From a virus (taxonomy: Duplodnaviria > Caudoviricetes), in the IMG/VR virus record IMGVR_UViG_3300037455_000467, positions 1 to 64,000 of that record: a stretch of DNA of 64,000 nt; one strand, 5' to 3'. A program made the position numbers and the translations under genes. Below, piece after piece: positions 10,422 through 19,965 of this stretch; the stretch's first letter is position 1; every line of letters starts with the position of its first letter. Below the pieces are notes generated by a model. The model saw only the letters and a program-made list of their open reading frames with translations. It did not search any database and was not told where the DNA came from.

Positions 10422-11051
10422 TTAAAAATATCTTTGTAAATAGGCATGCATCTGATACCAAATCTCCATTCGCTGCCATCCAGGTACTCCAAACCACCCA
10501 CCATATATGAGAGCAGTTCCATCATCAAGGACTTCTCTATGATTCATTATGTCAGTACAAATATCACACACAAGACCAAATGAACCAAAAACTCCTTCAA
10601 CCCAGTTATCATCGTCAAGCGTATCGAAACCCATAATCCTCATGATAGTCCAGAACCACTTACTGACACTATTGTAAATATCAGTATACATCATGATATC
10701 ATACATACGCATCGACAATGCAACTAACATCTCAAGTACGCGGCATTCACCAAATATCTCATGAACATCCGGAGTAATGAAATCACCATCACCAGCTTTT
10801 TGAGACAAAATATAATTATACTTATTTCGAAGCTCCAAGCCTTCTTCGGCACGATCAATATCATTACCAAGATTGGCTCGGAAAGGAATCGTCCACAAAG
10901 CATCAATCAGTTCATGATAACTTCTTCTAGAAATATCACTAACTGTTTCATCAATTGTGAACGACTCCAACCATTCGACATAAGACTCGTTCTTAAAATA
11001 TGGCGTATTCACGCTATATGACTTATCAACTATCGACACTCCTACCACCAT
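10422..11051 (-). CDS. Hypothetical phage protein
   Basis: 209-aa ORF in the co-directional operon. Confidence 0.7.
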   Translation of the reverse strand: MVVGVSIVDKSYSVNTPYFKNESYVEWLESFTIDETVSDISRRSYHELIDALWTIPFRANLGNDIDRAEEGLELRNKYNYILSQKAGDGDFITPDVHEIFGECRVLEMLVALSMRMYDIMMYTDIYNSVSKWFWTIMRIMGFDTLDDDNWVEGVFGSFGLVCDICTDIMNHREVLDDGTALIYGGWFGVPGWQRMEIWYQMHAYLQRYF

Positions 11052-12015
11052 CCGAATTCAGACGGCGCTCGAATATACCTAAGACAGTCTCAGAATAAGC
11101 TCCTGCATCAAGTACTACCTCATAGTTGATAGAAGTCTTAAGATTCCTTACGAATATAACTCCATTTTCCGCACCAGGACCACCTTCTATCAATCTATTA
11201 AGAGCGACCATTCCTACAACTTCTTCAGGATATGGAATGATTTGTTCACCATCATCACAAAGTGTATGATCACCCTCGTAGAATATAACCGTCACGAAAT
11301 CCTGGGGATTATCCCCCAAGAAAATCTCGAAGTTCCCTTCGACTCGTTCAAGTGTATACTCATCATGGACATCTAGTTCAAACTCAGGTAAATCAACTTC
11401 ATCATCAGGCGAACTATCCACACCCATCATACTAGTATCTATTTCTTTTTCAAATATCATGTCAGACGAATTCTCTTGACGTTTATACATTTGGCTATAC
11501 GGCCTATCATTGTCTCGTGTTGTTCGTCTTTGTTCTTCATAATTTTTCCACGCAACTTCGTCCACAAACGAGTTCTTACCGAGCTGCTGCGGAATATCTT
11601 TTTCACGTTGTCCGTAGACGTTGACAAGGTGATTTTGATCGGTTCCGAATTCTTGTCCAGAGGAACCTCCACGTCCATGCTCACCTTCTCCGAGTCGTCC
11701 ACTGGCTCCGGCTGAATCGTCTCGACCTTTTTCTCCGTTCCCATGAACAAGCCCATTACTCGATGGACCAAATTCTTTATTGCTGCTCCGATTTTCTGTA
11801 TCAGTTGAAATATCATTACCATCTCCATGTAGAGGAACGTATTCTTCAATTTCTCCAATTGGCTTTCTCAGTTCATGTCCATAATATAACGACGAACCGA
11901 TCAGACCAATTCCAGTACCAACTAGCAAATATCCAATGTTGATTGCTCTAATCATCTGAGTATCCACCACCTTCAAAGGTGTAAAGCCATGGGTAGTCAA
12001 GAATATCTTGTTCAA
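11026..12015 (-). CDS. Hypothetical acidic phage protein with an N-terminal hydrophobic segment
   Basis: 329-aa ORF, one TM-like stretch, D/E-rich C-terminus. Confidence 0.7.
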   Translation of the reverse strand: MNKIFLTTHGFTPLKVVDTQMIRAINIGYLLVGTGIGLIGSSLYYGHELRKPIGEIEEYVPLHGDGNDISTDTENRSSNKEFGPSSNGLVHGNGEKGRDDSAGASGRLGEGEHGRGGSSGQEFGTDQNHLVNVYGQREKDIPQQLGKNSFVDEVAWKNYEEQRRTTRDNDRPYSQMYKRQENSSDMIFEKEIDTSMMGVDSSPDDEVDLPEFELDVHDEYTLERVEGNFEIFLGDNPQDFVTVIFYEGDHTLCDDGEQIIPYPEEVVGMVALNRLIEGGPGAENGVIFVRNLKTSINYEVVLDAGAYSETVLGIFERRLNSDGGRSVDS

Positions 12016-12052
12016 ATATCCCGCTACCCACAGCCTTTAAGCCATCACGTTC

Positions 12053-13000
12053 TCAAATTAGCTCATGCACAACACCATCAACATTGAAGTCAAGCCACAC
12101 ACAAGGCTCGTATCCATTCAAGAAATCAATCTTGGGAGAATGCTTGTAGAGAATATCATAGATTCCGAAGTCAACATAGTTGTCACCAATATGATCCTCA
12201 ATCTCCTTCTTAGGATCATAGACCCAACCAATAATCTGACCATCCGGAACACGAGGGAATCCAAGTGCACGATATACATCATTCAAGAACAGAATGCCCT
12301 CTGCCTTAAGCTTATCATTGCACCACTGCTGCTGGGACTTCAAGAATAGAAGATTTGCAGAAGGATTCTTTGACCAATTACGATTATCTGCATCAAATAT
12401 CCTTGCATATGGTGAATGACCAGTTCCATCATCATGTACTACTGCAGCATTCTCAACGGACTTATCCTCACCATTCTCATCGCGGATTGAAATATCTTTC
12501 CGCTCTGCACCACTTGCAAGGAACTTCTCCTCTTCATCGCCAAGCTTCTCAATAACACGATGACGATAGTTGTTGAAGCTATTAAGAAGATTAGTATAAG
12601 CAACTGTCATGGCAGTATTACGATTGTGAAGAAGCTTATGCGACCACAATATCATACCAAGACCTGCTGCTCCACCAATAATAGCAGGACCATAGCACTT
12701 AAGAAGAGAAACACCAGTACGAGCATAAACAATCATACGATCATTACGAACATCCTGAGGAGTATACTCTTCCTCATCACAATCCTCTGCAGTAGCAGTG
12801 ATAGCATCCAGATCCTCATTAGCCTTCTTCATGATCTGCTCAGCCTTAAGCGTTTGACGGCAAGCAACAATAGCAGAACCAACTACAAGGATAGTACCAG
12901 TTACAACAAGAATCTCAGGCGAATGCTTCTGGAGAATAACCTTGCTCTTAACCAAACTAGAAGGAAGCTTTACAGAATTAACCAATGCGGGCAAACCCAT
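12053..13000 (-). CDS. DUF6353-like phage protein
   Basis: KHSPEILVVTG...ACRQTLKA, YGPAII, FLNDVYRALG...GW signature; strong RBS. Confidence 0.7.
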   Translation of the reverse strand: MGLPALVNSVKLPSSLVKSKVILQKHSPEILVVTGTILVVGSAIVACRQTLKAEQIMKKANEDLDAITATAEDCDEEEYTPQDVRNDRMIVYARTGVSLLKCYGPAIIGGAAGLGMILWSHKLLHNRNTAMTVAYTNLLNSFNNYRHRVIEKLGDEEEKFLASGAERKDISIRDENGEDKSVENAAVVHDDGTGHSPYARIFDADNRNWSKNPSANLLFLKSQQQWCNDKLKAEGILFLNDVYRALGFPRVPDGQIIGWVYDPKKEIEDHIGDNYVDFGIYDILYKHSPKIDFLNGYEPCVWLDFNVDGVVHELI

Positions 13001-13032
13001 GATACATCTCCTTTAAAATATAACGATGTTTT

Positions 13033-13719
13033 CTAATTTTCCAAAATTTGTGTTGGGGGCATTACAATCATGAAACCTTCTCGAACTGGTCTAATTGTAG
13101 CACCACGTAGAGAAGTCCAACCATATCGATTATCCGTCCAATCACTAGTCATGCCAACACAGTCATACAAGTCAGCAATTGAGACTTGACCATAACGGAA
13201 AATATTATCGTCAAGCTCTCTCAAGACTGCATTAGCTGCCTGATGAGAGGGAACTATTACATCATCCGGGTCTTGAGGAATATCACGATAAGAGGCTCTA
13301 GAATCACTCTTAGTAGTTGTTCCTTTGTAATATGATGTGTAACTCGTTCTGTCCGGATAATAGGCTCTAGAACGGCTCTGAGGTCCTCTGAAGCCACTTT
13401 CTGCATTACCATATATCAATACTGCTAATAGTTCAATTCCAGTATCGAAGATTAGAGATTTTAAACCTGGTCGGATAATATCAGAGAGAGCTCTATCTCT
13501 GGCAGATTCAATTGTATCTTCAAGAATATAACGTGCAAATCGACCGACAAGACCCTGCTTACGAGTCTTTCCGACTGTGATTTGTTTCACTCTTTTAGAG
13601 TGCTGATCCGACTCAATAGTTGAAATATCTTTATTAGCTTTCTGCATGTCTCGTTGCGCATACGAGTTGCCAGCTAACTGTGATGATGGTTTCAACTTTG
13701 GTATCTCTGCTTTAGCCAA
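13033..13719 (-). CDS. Hypothetical phage protein
   Basis: 228-aa ORF; C-terminal YGQVSIADLYDCVG...YGWTSL resembles the DUF6353 C-terminus. Confidence 0.7.
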   Translation of the reverse strand: MAKAEIPKLKPSSQLAGNSYAQRDMQKANKDISTIESDQHSKRVKQITVGKTRKQGLVGRFARYILEDTIESARDRALSDIIRPGLKSLIFDTGIELLAVLIYGNAESGFRGPQSRSRAYYPDRTSYTSYYKGTTTKSDSRASYRDIPQDPDDVIVPSHQAANAVLRELDDNIFRYGQVSIADLYDCVGMTSDWTDNRYGWTSLRGATIRPVREGFMIVMPPTQILEN

Positions 13720-13744
13720 CTTGGATTCCTTTCTGCAAAATATC

Positions 13745-14017
13745 TTAGCGTACTTTCTTTAAGATACTTACCATGGATCGTTTCCACTCTGGGCTCATGT
13801 CAATGCCAAATAGGTCGTTAAAAGAGCAATCTAAATATGTGCATAGATCCAAGCCAACATTAAGTGTAACTTCTTTATCTTGTAGCATGCGACGGATTGT
13901 CTTCTCATTTGTAGCACATACAGCACCAAGTTGACGGATAGATACGTTTTTGCTTTTTATGAAATCTCGAAAAGTCTGAGGATCCACATGTCTCTTTACA
14001 ACTGCTTGACTAGACAT
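13745..14017 (-). CDS. XRE/Cro-like HTH transcription regulator
   Basis: SIRQLGAVCATNEKTIRRML...LCTYLDCSFNDLF. Confidence 0.7.
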   Translation of the reverse strand: MSSQAVVKRHVDPQTFRDFIKSKNVSIRQLGAVCATNEKTIRRMLQDKEVTLNVGLDLCTYLDCSFNDLFGIDMSPEWKRSMVSILKKVR

Positions 14018-14069
14018 ACATTTTCCTACCCATTCTAAATCTCCAATCTAAAATATAACAGAAAGAAAA

Positions 14070-14094
14070 AGAAAGGAACGGTTTTACCCGCTCC
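14070..14094 (-). terminator. Intrinsic terminator; identical 25-bp copy at 16121-16145
   Basis: Sense GGAGCGGGTAAAACCGTTCC hairpin followed by TTTCTTTTTCTTTC. Confidence 0.7.
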
Positions 14095-14115
14095 AATCTT
14101 TTAGTTGGACAATCT

Positions 14116-14433
14116 CTACTTACTAATCTGAGCAACAGCATCACTTGAGCTGTTATAGGCACTCAACACGTTGAGCGGAATAGTCATCATGCTATCCACT
14201 GATTCCGTAACAGCGTCTGATGTTAGCTTAGCTGCCGCAGTAGAAGCTCCATACAATGCTCCGTAGCGAACGACCTTTTCAAAAGTCGTTACCGCCTCGG
14301 GTAACATTCCATCGAGCATCCCCTTTGTAGCGACACCAACGCACAGACCAACTGCCAGTCCAGCAATATTAGCAATTGTGCTATGCTCTTGTGTAGGTGC
14401 TTGAATATAAACAACCTTCTGCTCTTCTGCCAT
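14116..14433 (-). CDS. Hypothetical membrane-associated protein (promoter-gene-terminator cassette)
   Basis: 105 aa, AAGGAG RBS, own promoter motif and terminator. Confidence 0.7.
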   Translation of the reverse strand: MAEEQKVVYIQAPTQEHSTIANIAGLAVGLCVGVATKGMLDGMLPEAVTTFEKVVRYGALYGASTAAAKLTSDAVTESVDSMMTIPLNVLSAYNSSSDAVAQISK

Positions 14434-14478
14434 TTTCTTGCTCCTTTACATAGTTACTTTGAGACTAATGTCTCCTGT

Positions 14479-14505
14479 CCTATATAGAAGTAGTTATTTT
14501 TGCGA
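14479..14505 (-). promoter_or_regulatory. CGCA-type phage promoter motif
   Basis: Sense TCGCAAAAATAACTACTTCTATATAGG. Confidence 0.65.
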
Positions 14506-14509
14506 GGTT

Positions 14510-15424
14510 TTAGACTGCTCCAAGCCACGCATTAGATGGCATCACTTCCATGTTGAGTGTTCCAACAGGCTGCTGCTTATCATCAAGTGCTGCGCCAATA
14601 GTCAATGTTACAGAATCGGTCTTCTCAAACTCCCAACCAATATCATCTCCAAGAGGGATTTCCTTAATCCCGAGAAGATTGTAAATATCATTAAGCGAGA
14701 CGAAGCCATTTTGATTTAACATTGATTGACCTTCAATCTCTGCTCTACGAATATAATCAGCATTACTATAAAAGTATCTATCGCTAATTACATCATACCA
14801 AAGACTCAGATCAACTGTGTTAGTGATTGTCGGAATAATTGTATTGGCAGCTGTTGCAGGATTTTTATCGATCTTATCTTGAATGAGTTCATCCTTAACT
14901 TCCTGTGCTTTCTTCTTACCAGCAACCTCAAGAACTTTATCCTTATACTCCTTGAGATTATTCTCACTAGCAATATAAGCACTTGCAAGAGCTGCCATAC
15001 GTACCTTTGATAGATGATTACTACCAAATATACAAAATATAGATGCGCCAGTCATCAATGCTGTAGGTGCATACGCCTTTGCATAAATTATAGCTTTGTC
15101 TGTTTGAGTAAGAGAGCTAGCTGCAAGATCCATAACCTGCTGTTCATCAGAAATATCAGGTTTAGTCTTGATAGCAAGAGCATTGCAAATATCATCGACA
15201 GACTTACCACTTTCAAGCATAGTCTTAGCTGCAACATGATCAGAATACTTATCGCCCTTCTTATCCATTTCAGCTTTAATAAGATCTGCTTTTACGGTGA
15301 TTGCCGCTTCGCTAGACATGACAACCGCTGCAATACAACCAACAGCTCCCATGACCGACAAGATGGTAGGTGCGTTCTTAATTATAAATTTTTGCGTATT
15401 TACTAAAAATCCTGTACTTGACAT
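14510..15424 (-). CDS. DUF6353-like phage protein (paralog of 12053-13000)
   Basis: KNAPTILSVMG, YAPTAL, LAALASAY-like segment, VSLNDIYNLLG...GW. Confidence 0.7.
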   Translation of the reverse strand: MSSTGFLVNTQKFIIKNAPTILSVMGAVGCIAAVVMSSEAAITVKADLIKAEMDKKGDKYSDHVAAKTMLESGKSVDDICNALAIKTKPDISDEQQVMDLAASSLTQTDKAIIYAKAYAPTALMTGASIFCIFGSNHLSKVRMAALASAYIASENNLKEYKDKVLEVAGKKKAQEVKDELIQDKIDKNPATAANTIIPTITNTVDLSLWYDVISDRYFYSNADYIRRAEIEGQSMLNQNGFVSLNDIYNLLGIKEIPLGDDIGWEFEKTDSVTLTIGAALDDKQQPVGTLNMEVMPSNAWLGAV

Positions 15425-15498
15425 AACAAATCCTTTCTTAGACTATTTGCAAAAAATATAACGCCAAGTTCTACCTTTCTACTCGTTGTCTTATACCG

Positions 15499-15525
15499 TC
15501 GTTTAAGGAGTGGAAATTTTTGCGA
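15499..15525 (-). promoter_or_regulatory. CGCA-type phage promoter motif (divergent -10)
   Basis: Sense TCGCAAAAATTTCCACTCCTTAAACGA. Confidence 0.5.
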
Positions 15526-15529
15526 GGTG

Positions 15530-16090
15530 TCACTGAGCATCGGCGTCATACTCACCTTCCTCAAGGGTAAAAATATCACTGTCATCAAGACCATCTTCAA
15601 TATCCTGAGAAAGGTCGTCTAGATAATCTGGCTCAAATCCAAGAGCATCCTCGACGTCATCGTCTTGCCCAAGCTCTTCTTTCTCGACAGCTTCGCTAAT
15701 AGCATTATTAATTTCACCATATGCATTAATATCATAAGTGTTATCAATTACATCATTATCTAAGCTACCAAGATCATAATCAATACTCATGTCTACATAA
15801 TATAAGTTGTATAATGCGCAGACCATATGTTCGATAACACATCCACGAGCTTCACGCCAGTTAGGATGGAATACACAAATATCAGCACTACTAAGGAAAT
15901 TAATAGACTTACCAAGATACCAAGTACCACAATCAACATCATCGGGTGGCATCTCTTCAATTACACTATCAATCAACTCAAATTTTTCATCAAACTCATC
16001 CTCGATAATATGCCAGATACGAAACATAGTATCTCGAATAGACTTAGTGTCTAGTCCTTTCATAGGTAGACTGATAAATAGCTTACGCAT
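15530..16090 (-). CDS. DUF4406 / nucleoside 2-deoxyribosyltransferase-like protein
   Basis: LFISLPMKG...LSSADICVF...WREARGCVIEH; acidic tail. Confidence 0.65.
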   Translation of the reverse strand: MRKLFISLPMKGLDTKSIRDTMFRIWHIIEDEFDEKFELIDSVIEEMPPDDVDCGTWYLGKSINFLSSADICVFHPNWREARGCVIEHMVCALYNLYYVDMSIDYDLGSLDNDVIDNTYDINAYGEINNAISEAVEKEELGQDDDVEDALGFEPDYLDDLSQDIEDGLDDSDIFTLEEGEYDADAQ

Positions 16091-16120
16091 TAGTGTACTC
16101 CTTAGAATATAACGAGAAAG

Positions 16121-16145
16121 AGAAAGGAACGGTTTTACCCGCTCC
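16121..16145 (-). terminator. Intrinsic terminator, copy of 14070-14094
   Basis: AGAAAGGAACGGTTTTACCCGCTCC identical on the plus strand. Confidence 0.7.
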
Positions 16146-16172
16146 CTTCTCTTTAAGCTTTAGTACTGTTTG

Positions 16173-16364
16173 TTACTCTTCTGTTACTACGTCTTCGACA
16201 GTTGCATCGGTGACAGTGAATGAGTTTTCATCAAGATTAATCTGAACACTATCGTCTTCCTTGAGACCAAATATAACGAGACCTCCAATAAAAATTAGTG
16301 CTCCTCCAAGAATCTCAACAATCTTCATTCCATCTAACTTACCAATAAACTTCCCGAGATCCAT
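16173..16364 (-). CDS. Small membrane protein (cassette gene)
   Basis: 63 aa, one TM helix, own promoter and terminator. Confidence 0.65.
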   Translation of the reverse strand: MDLGKFIGKLDGMKIVEILGGALIFIGGLVIFGLKEDDSVQINLDENSFTVTDATVEDVVTEE

Positions 16365-16407
16365 ACTGTACCCCTTTCAAGAGTATTTTAGCCAGTACTC
16401 TCTGGCT

Positions 16408-16434
16408 CCTATTTACTGGTAGGATTTTTTGCGA
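16408..16434 (-). promoter_or_regulatory. CGCA-type phage promoter motif
   Basis: Sense TCGCAAAAAATCCTACCAGTAAATAGG followed by hairpin AGCCAG-agagta-CTGGCT. Confidence 0.6.
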
Positions 16435-16801
16435 CATCCTTATCTATGTCATCTTTGATATCATCTAGAGCATTATTTAAAAGGTTTGCATACATATTAA
16501 TGCCTTCTAAATATCCAAAACGAAGACCAATATCAAGACCAGATAATAAACCTTCATAAAATCCGGCAAGTACTAATGAATTTTTATCATCGGAATTACT
16601 TGGAACTATAGAACTATCTGAACCGGCTCGCTCAATTAAATATAACATATCGAGGCTATTTAATCTAATATCAATACTTTTAGAATTTAGTATTTCTTCT
16701 AATTTAGAACTATCAGGATCATCTAACACTTGTTCCATGAATGTAGTTACTTCTTTTCGAACCATCTCTTTTAATTTTTCAGACGCCATATTAATCCTCA
16801 T
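16409..16801 (-). CDS. Hypothetical protein
   Basis: 130-aa ORF in the packed array. Confidence 0.6.
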   Translation of the reverse strand: MRINMASEKLKEMVRKEVTTFMEQVLDDPDSSKLEEILNSKSIDIRLNSLDMLYLIERAGSDSSIVPSNSDDKNSLVLAGFYEGLLSGLDIGLRFGYLEGINMYANLLNNALDDIKDDIDKDVAKNPTSK

Positions 16802-17063
16802 CCCGTGCTAGCAACATTGCATAAATATAAGCTAGACGAACACCTATACGAAGTCCTCGTAAAAAATCAACATTCTTATCCGATTCTCTATACTTTTTGT
16901 AATCTTCAATCATCTTAAGAATGTCATCGCGCATAAGGGTAGATAAATATAAGTCATCATCAAGAGTGATTTCGTAATGAAATTCTCTATGATTTATGTC
17001 AGTAATTGTGGACACACCAAAACTTTCAATAATATCTTCAAGTTCAGTCATCATCAACCACAA
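16791..17063 (-). CDS. Hypothetical protein
   Basis: 90-aa ORF overlapping neighbours. Confidence 0.6.
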   Translation of the reverse strand: MWLMMTELEDIIESFGVSTITDINHREFHYEITLDDDLYLSTLMRDDILKMIEDYKKYRESDKNVDFLRGLRIGVRLAYIYAMLLARDED

Positions 17064-17301
17064 ACTGAATCAGATCGGAACCTTCTTTACCTTTTAATTT
17101 TCCAAGTTCATAACGTAATGTAGCAATAGCTGTATCTTTTTCAAGATTATCTTGTATTAGACGAGCATTTTCATCTTCTAATTTCATATAAACATCCTTA
17201 ATTTCTTTAATAAGTTCATTATTCTTTTCGCATTGTCGTCCAATTATAATAGAAATCCCACAAAGCATCCCTATTGCAAAATATTCTGTAATACTAGACA
17301 T
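17044..17301 (-). CDS. Hypothetical protein (TM plus coiled coil)
   Basis: 85-aa ORF. Confidence 0.6.
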   Translation of the reverse strand: MSSITEYFAIGMLCGISIIIGRQCEKNNELIKEIKDVYMKLEDENARLIQDNLEKDTAIATLRYELGKLKGKEGSDLIQFVVDDD

Positions 17302-17304
17302 TAT

Positions 17305-17748
17305 TTATTCCACCTCGGTTCCTACAAGTTCATTCAGTCCATCAACAATAGCACTGATCTTATCAATTTGAACATTAGTGCGCTTGATAAAATCATCAAG
17401 CTCTGAAATGATCTTGAGACCAATTAAATATAATGCACGTTTCTCATCATCTGTATTAGACCATATAACATAAACTCCTTTTTCTAATTTATATAATACC
17501 TTGTCAGGGAATTCTGAGATTTCGATACGCTTACGATTTTTAAAATCATTAGCAAAGAAATGATCTTCTTCAATAGTTGTACCTTGATGGAATGTCTGAC
17601 GCTCAAATGTTAAATCACGACTTTTAGTAAGAACTTTCTCATCGATATCATAAATATAAAGAAACGGTATTTTCTTGATGCTCATCTTCGTCTCCTTGTC
17701 AATCTGAGCATTACTAATTACACCATTTGAAAATGTTACATCAATCAT
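17305..17748 (-). CDS. Hypothetical protein
   Basis: 147-aa ORF. Confidence 0.6.
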   Translation of the reverse strand: MIDVTFSNGVISNAQIDKETKMSIKKIPFLYIYDIDEKVLTKSRDLTFERQTFHQGTTIEEDHFFANDFKNRKRIEISEFPDKVLYKLEKGVYVIWSNTDDEKRALYLIGLKIISELDDFIKRTNVQIDKISAIVDGLNELVGTEVE

Positions 17749-17754
17749 AAAATA

Positions 17755-18117
17755 TCAGTCCATAGTTACAGTTTGTTTAATAATTTTAGCCCCACACTCA
17801 GAGCAATATTTCATATGAATCGAATACATACGTGTATTACAACAAGAACATATTACATGTCCAGTAACAGTATCATTATTAATGTGTATTTGAGCAGTTG
17901 CAGTTTTCTCTGGAATATAAATCCATTCTTTATTAGGTTTAGTATTGGCCTGTATCACATGGATTTCTTTTGGAAAAGTTCCATCTAATCGTCCATAAAT
18001 ATAAGTAGTTTCATAGTCATTAATTGGAACTTCCATCAACAAGCCTCCTAACAAAGAATATAACATATGAAAGTGCTTAGCCCCACCACACCACCTAAGC
18101 ACACTATTCACCAGCAT
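17755..18117 (-). CDS. Hypothetical protein with a C-terminal zinc ribbon
   Basis: CSCC...YCSECGAKI. Confidence 0.6.
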   Translation of the reverse strand: MLVNSVLRWCGGAKHFHMLYSLLGGLLMEVPINDYETTYIYGRLDGTFPKEIHVIQANTKPNKEWIYIPEKTATAQIHINNDTVTGHVICSCCNTRMYSIHMKYCSECGAKIIKQTVTMD

Positions 18118-18261
18118 TAAAAATATAAAGTTTTATGTGGATTGCACACCCTACGGACCTTAGGAAAGTAATGTAGAAAGGAACTTCATTACGAAGAGAA
18201 ATTCAATGGAGCAAGAATAGCTAAACTTTAATATTAATAATACTATGAATACCCAAACTTT

Positions 18262-18495
18262 TTACAAATGTATAATAAATATAATCATCAACAAAGCGCC
18301 TACGATTATTAGAAAAAGAAGTAATAATGTAAAGCTATAAATTAGAAACTTAGTTGTTGATGACGCTGAATTCAAACTTAGTCGAGTCTTAAGAGCTTCT
18401 GCTATATGCTGTGGAAAATATATGTTTTTAATATATAATCCATATAAAATAGTTAAAATTAAAATAATGAAATATACTTTTGCAAAAACACTCAT
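18262..18495 (-). CDS. Small two-TM membrane protein
   Basis: 77 aa, two hydrophobic segments. Confidence 0.5.
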   Translation of the reverse strand: MSVFAKVYFIILILTILYGLYIKNIYFPQHIAEALKTRLSLNSASSTTKFLIYSFTLLLLFLIIVGALLMIIFIIHL

Positions 18496-18505
18496 ATTAA
18501 GACTC

Positions 18506-18808
18506 CTAATTTAAAAAGTTAAGAAACTTAGATGGAATTCTAAGCTTGTCTTCAATAATTTCGCATACATTAGATATCATACTAGGATTATCAGAATACA
18601 TTTTTACTAATATATGAACTCGACCAGATTCTCTATCAACATACCATCCATACGATTCAAGTTGGCAACCATTCTGAAGTTTTACTGCTCTAGAAATATC
18701 ATTGAATAGACGATCTTCAAAATCTTGCATCTTTTTAGTAAATTCATCTTTAGTGTGATGTTTAGTACTGACATCTAGAATATGCATTAGTAGTCCTTTA
18801 CATCCCAT
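18506..18808 (-). CDS. Hypothetical protein
   Basis: 100-aa ORF. Confidence 0.6.
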   Translation of the reverse strand: MGCKGLLMHILDVSTKHHTKDEFTKKMQDFEDRLFNDISRAVKLQNGCQLESYGWYVDRESGRVHILVKMYSDNPSMISNVCEIIEDKLRIPSKFLNFLN

Positions 18809-18873
18809 TCATTAAATGCTTCTGTAAATGTATCACAATTTCTTATAGTAACTAAAATCGTTACTTTCATGCT

Positions 18874-19509
18874 TTACTGGTTATTAACCAACTTAGTATC
18901 AATAGTCCAATCATTTATGCATTGTTTATCAATTGTATCTTTTAAAAGATCCAAGAAATTTTCAACTTTTTTACGAGTATTAGTTGAAAATATAATGGCA
19001 TTACGATGCTCGTTATACCAATCAAAAATTTCATATAATCCAGCTATAGGGTCATTAGTATTTAAAGTATTTAATTCAAAATGACGTTGCCAACTGAATG
19101 CCCACCAATCACATATCATTTCCACAATAAAATCATCAGGAATATCAAGACCAATAGGCTTATATTCTTTTACTGTCTTATCGCCGTCATCAGTAATCAA
19201 ACACCAATACTGCCAATGATGTTTATTCTGATGAATATGATGTAGCCATGCTTTATTAAAATCATCAAGAATTTTCTTGGATTTACTATTTGATCCATAA
19301 AAATAATCATTATATGCTTTATATTCATCAGGTGAATATTTCGATTTATCATGATTTACAATATTAAATTCTAAATTAAAATAGTTTAAATCTGGAAAAA
19401 TTTTAGAAATTTTATCCTGAGGAACAAAAACCTTTATCCATTCATAACCGTGACGAACATTATTAATATGATTATATAAATATGAATCATAATCTGAATT
19501 TCGTATCAT
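18874..19509 (-). CDS. DUF5662-like HD-type phosphohydrolase
   Basis: H...V, HDKSKYSPDEY, WLHHIHQNKHHWQYW, EMICDW. Confidence 0.7.
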   Translation of the reverse strand: MIRNSDYDSYLYNHINNVRHGYEWIKVFVPQDKISKIFPDLNYFNLEFNIVNHDKSKYSPDEYKAYNDYFYGSNSKSKKILDDFNKAWLHHIHQNKHHWQYWCLITDDGDKTVKEYKPIGLDIPDDFIVEMICDWWAFSWQRHFELNTLNTNDPIAGLYEIFDWYNEHRNAIIFSTNTRKKVENFLDLLKDTIDKQCINDWTIDTKLVNNQ

Positions 19510-19576
19510 GGTGTATACTCCTATTTAATTTCATTATCCATTAATAGTCCTTTACATTCCACTCATTTCTTCATAA

Positions 19577-19783
19577 CTATTTAAATATAGGCTTTTTAGT
19601 AATAGAAGTTATGTATTCATTAACTTTTTTATTACATGATTCGCAGACTTCATACTTAAAATTAGAAGGATTAGAATTTTTCATACTTCTAATATCATTT
19701 AATTTTCGCGAGCTTAAATCAAACATCTGCCCTCTAACAGCATGTTGACAAATATCGCAAACTTGTATAGTAGCCATAATCAT
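19577..19783 (-). CDS. Small C4 zinc-finger protein (paralog of 23710-23913)
   Basis: CDIC...YEVCESC. Confidence 0.6.
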   Translation of the reverse strand: MIMATIQVCDICQHAVRGQMFDLSSRKLNDIRSMKNSNPSNFKYEVCESCNKKVNEYITSITKKPIFK

Positions 19784-19789
19784 CTCCTA

Positions 19790-19955
19790 AAAATATCAAT
19801 TAGCCCCACCCTCCGCTAATTGACTAAACTCACTACAATAGTAACTATGACGAAAGGGACGAACAACAAACGCATAAACACATGACCGGCCACTTATGCT
19901 GCTTTGTTCTAGAAAACTTATAATACGATTGGATGCGTCACTATTATACAAGTTT
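19790..19955 (-). ncRNA. Candidate structured non-coding RNA ending in a terminator with a G-rich loop
   Basis: ORF-free; stems GAACAA/TTGTTC and GCATAA/TTATGC; 9-bp stem TCAATTAGC/GCTAATTGA followed by TATTTTT. Confidence 0.35.
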
Positions 19956-19965
19956 CCCTAAAATA

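Noticed and set aside
18121-18232. Possible structured RNA in an intergenic gap
   Set aside because: Only AT-rich 6-8-bp stems; too weak to support without covariation.
18874-19509. DatZ / Z-genome (2-aminoadenine) system
   Set aside because: An HD-like protein alone is insufficient; no PurZ-like gene in the window.
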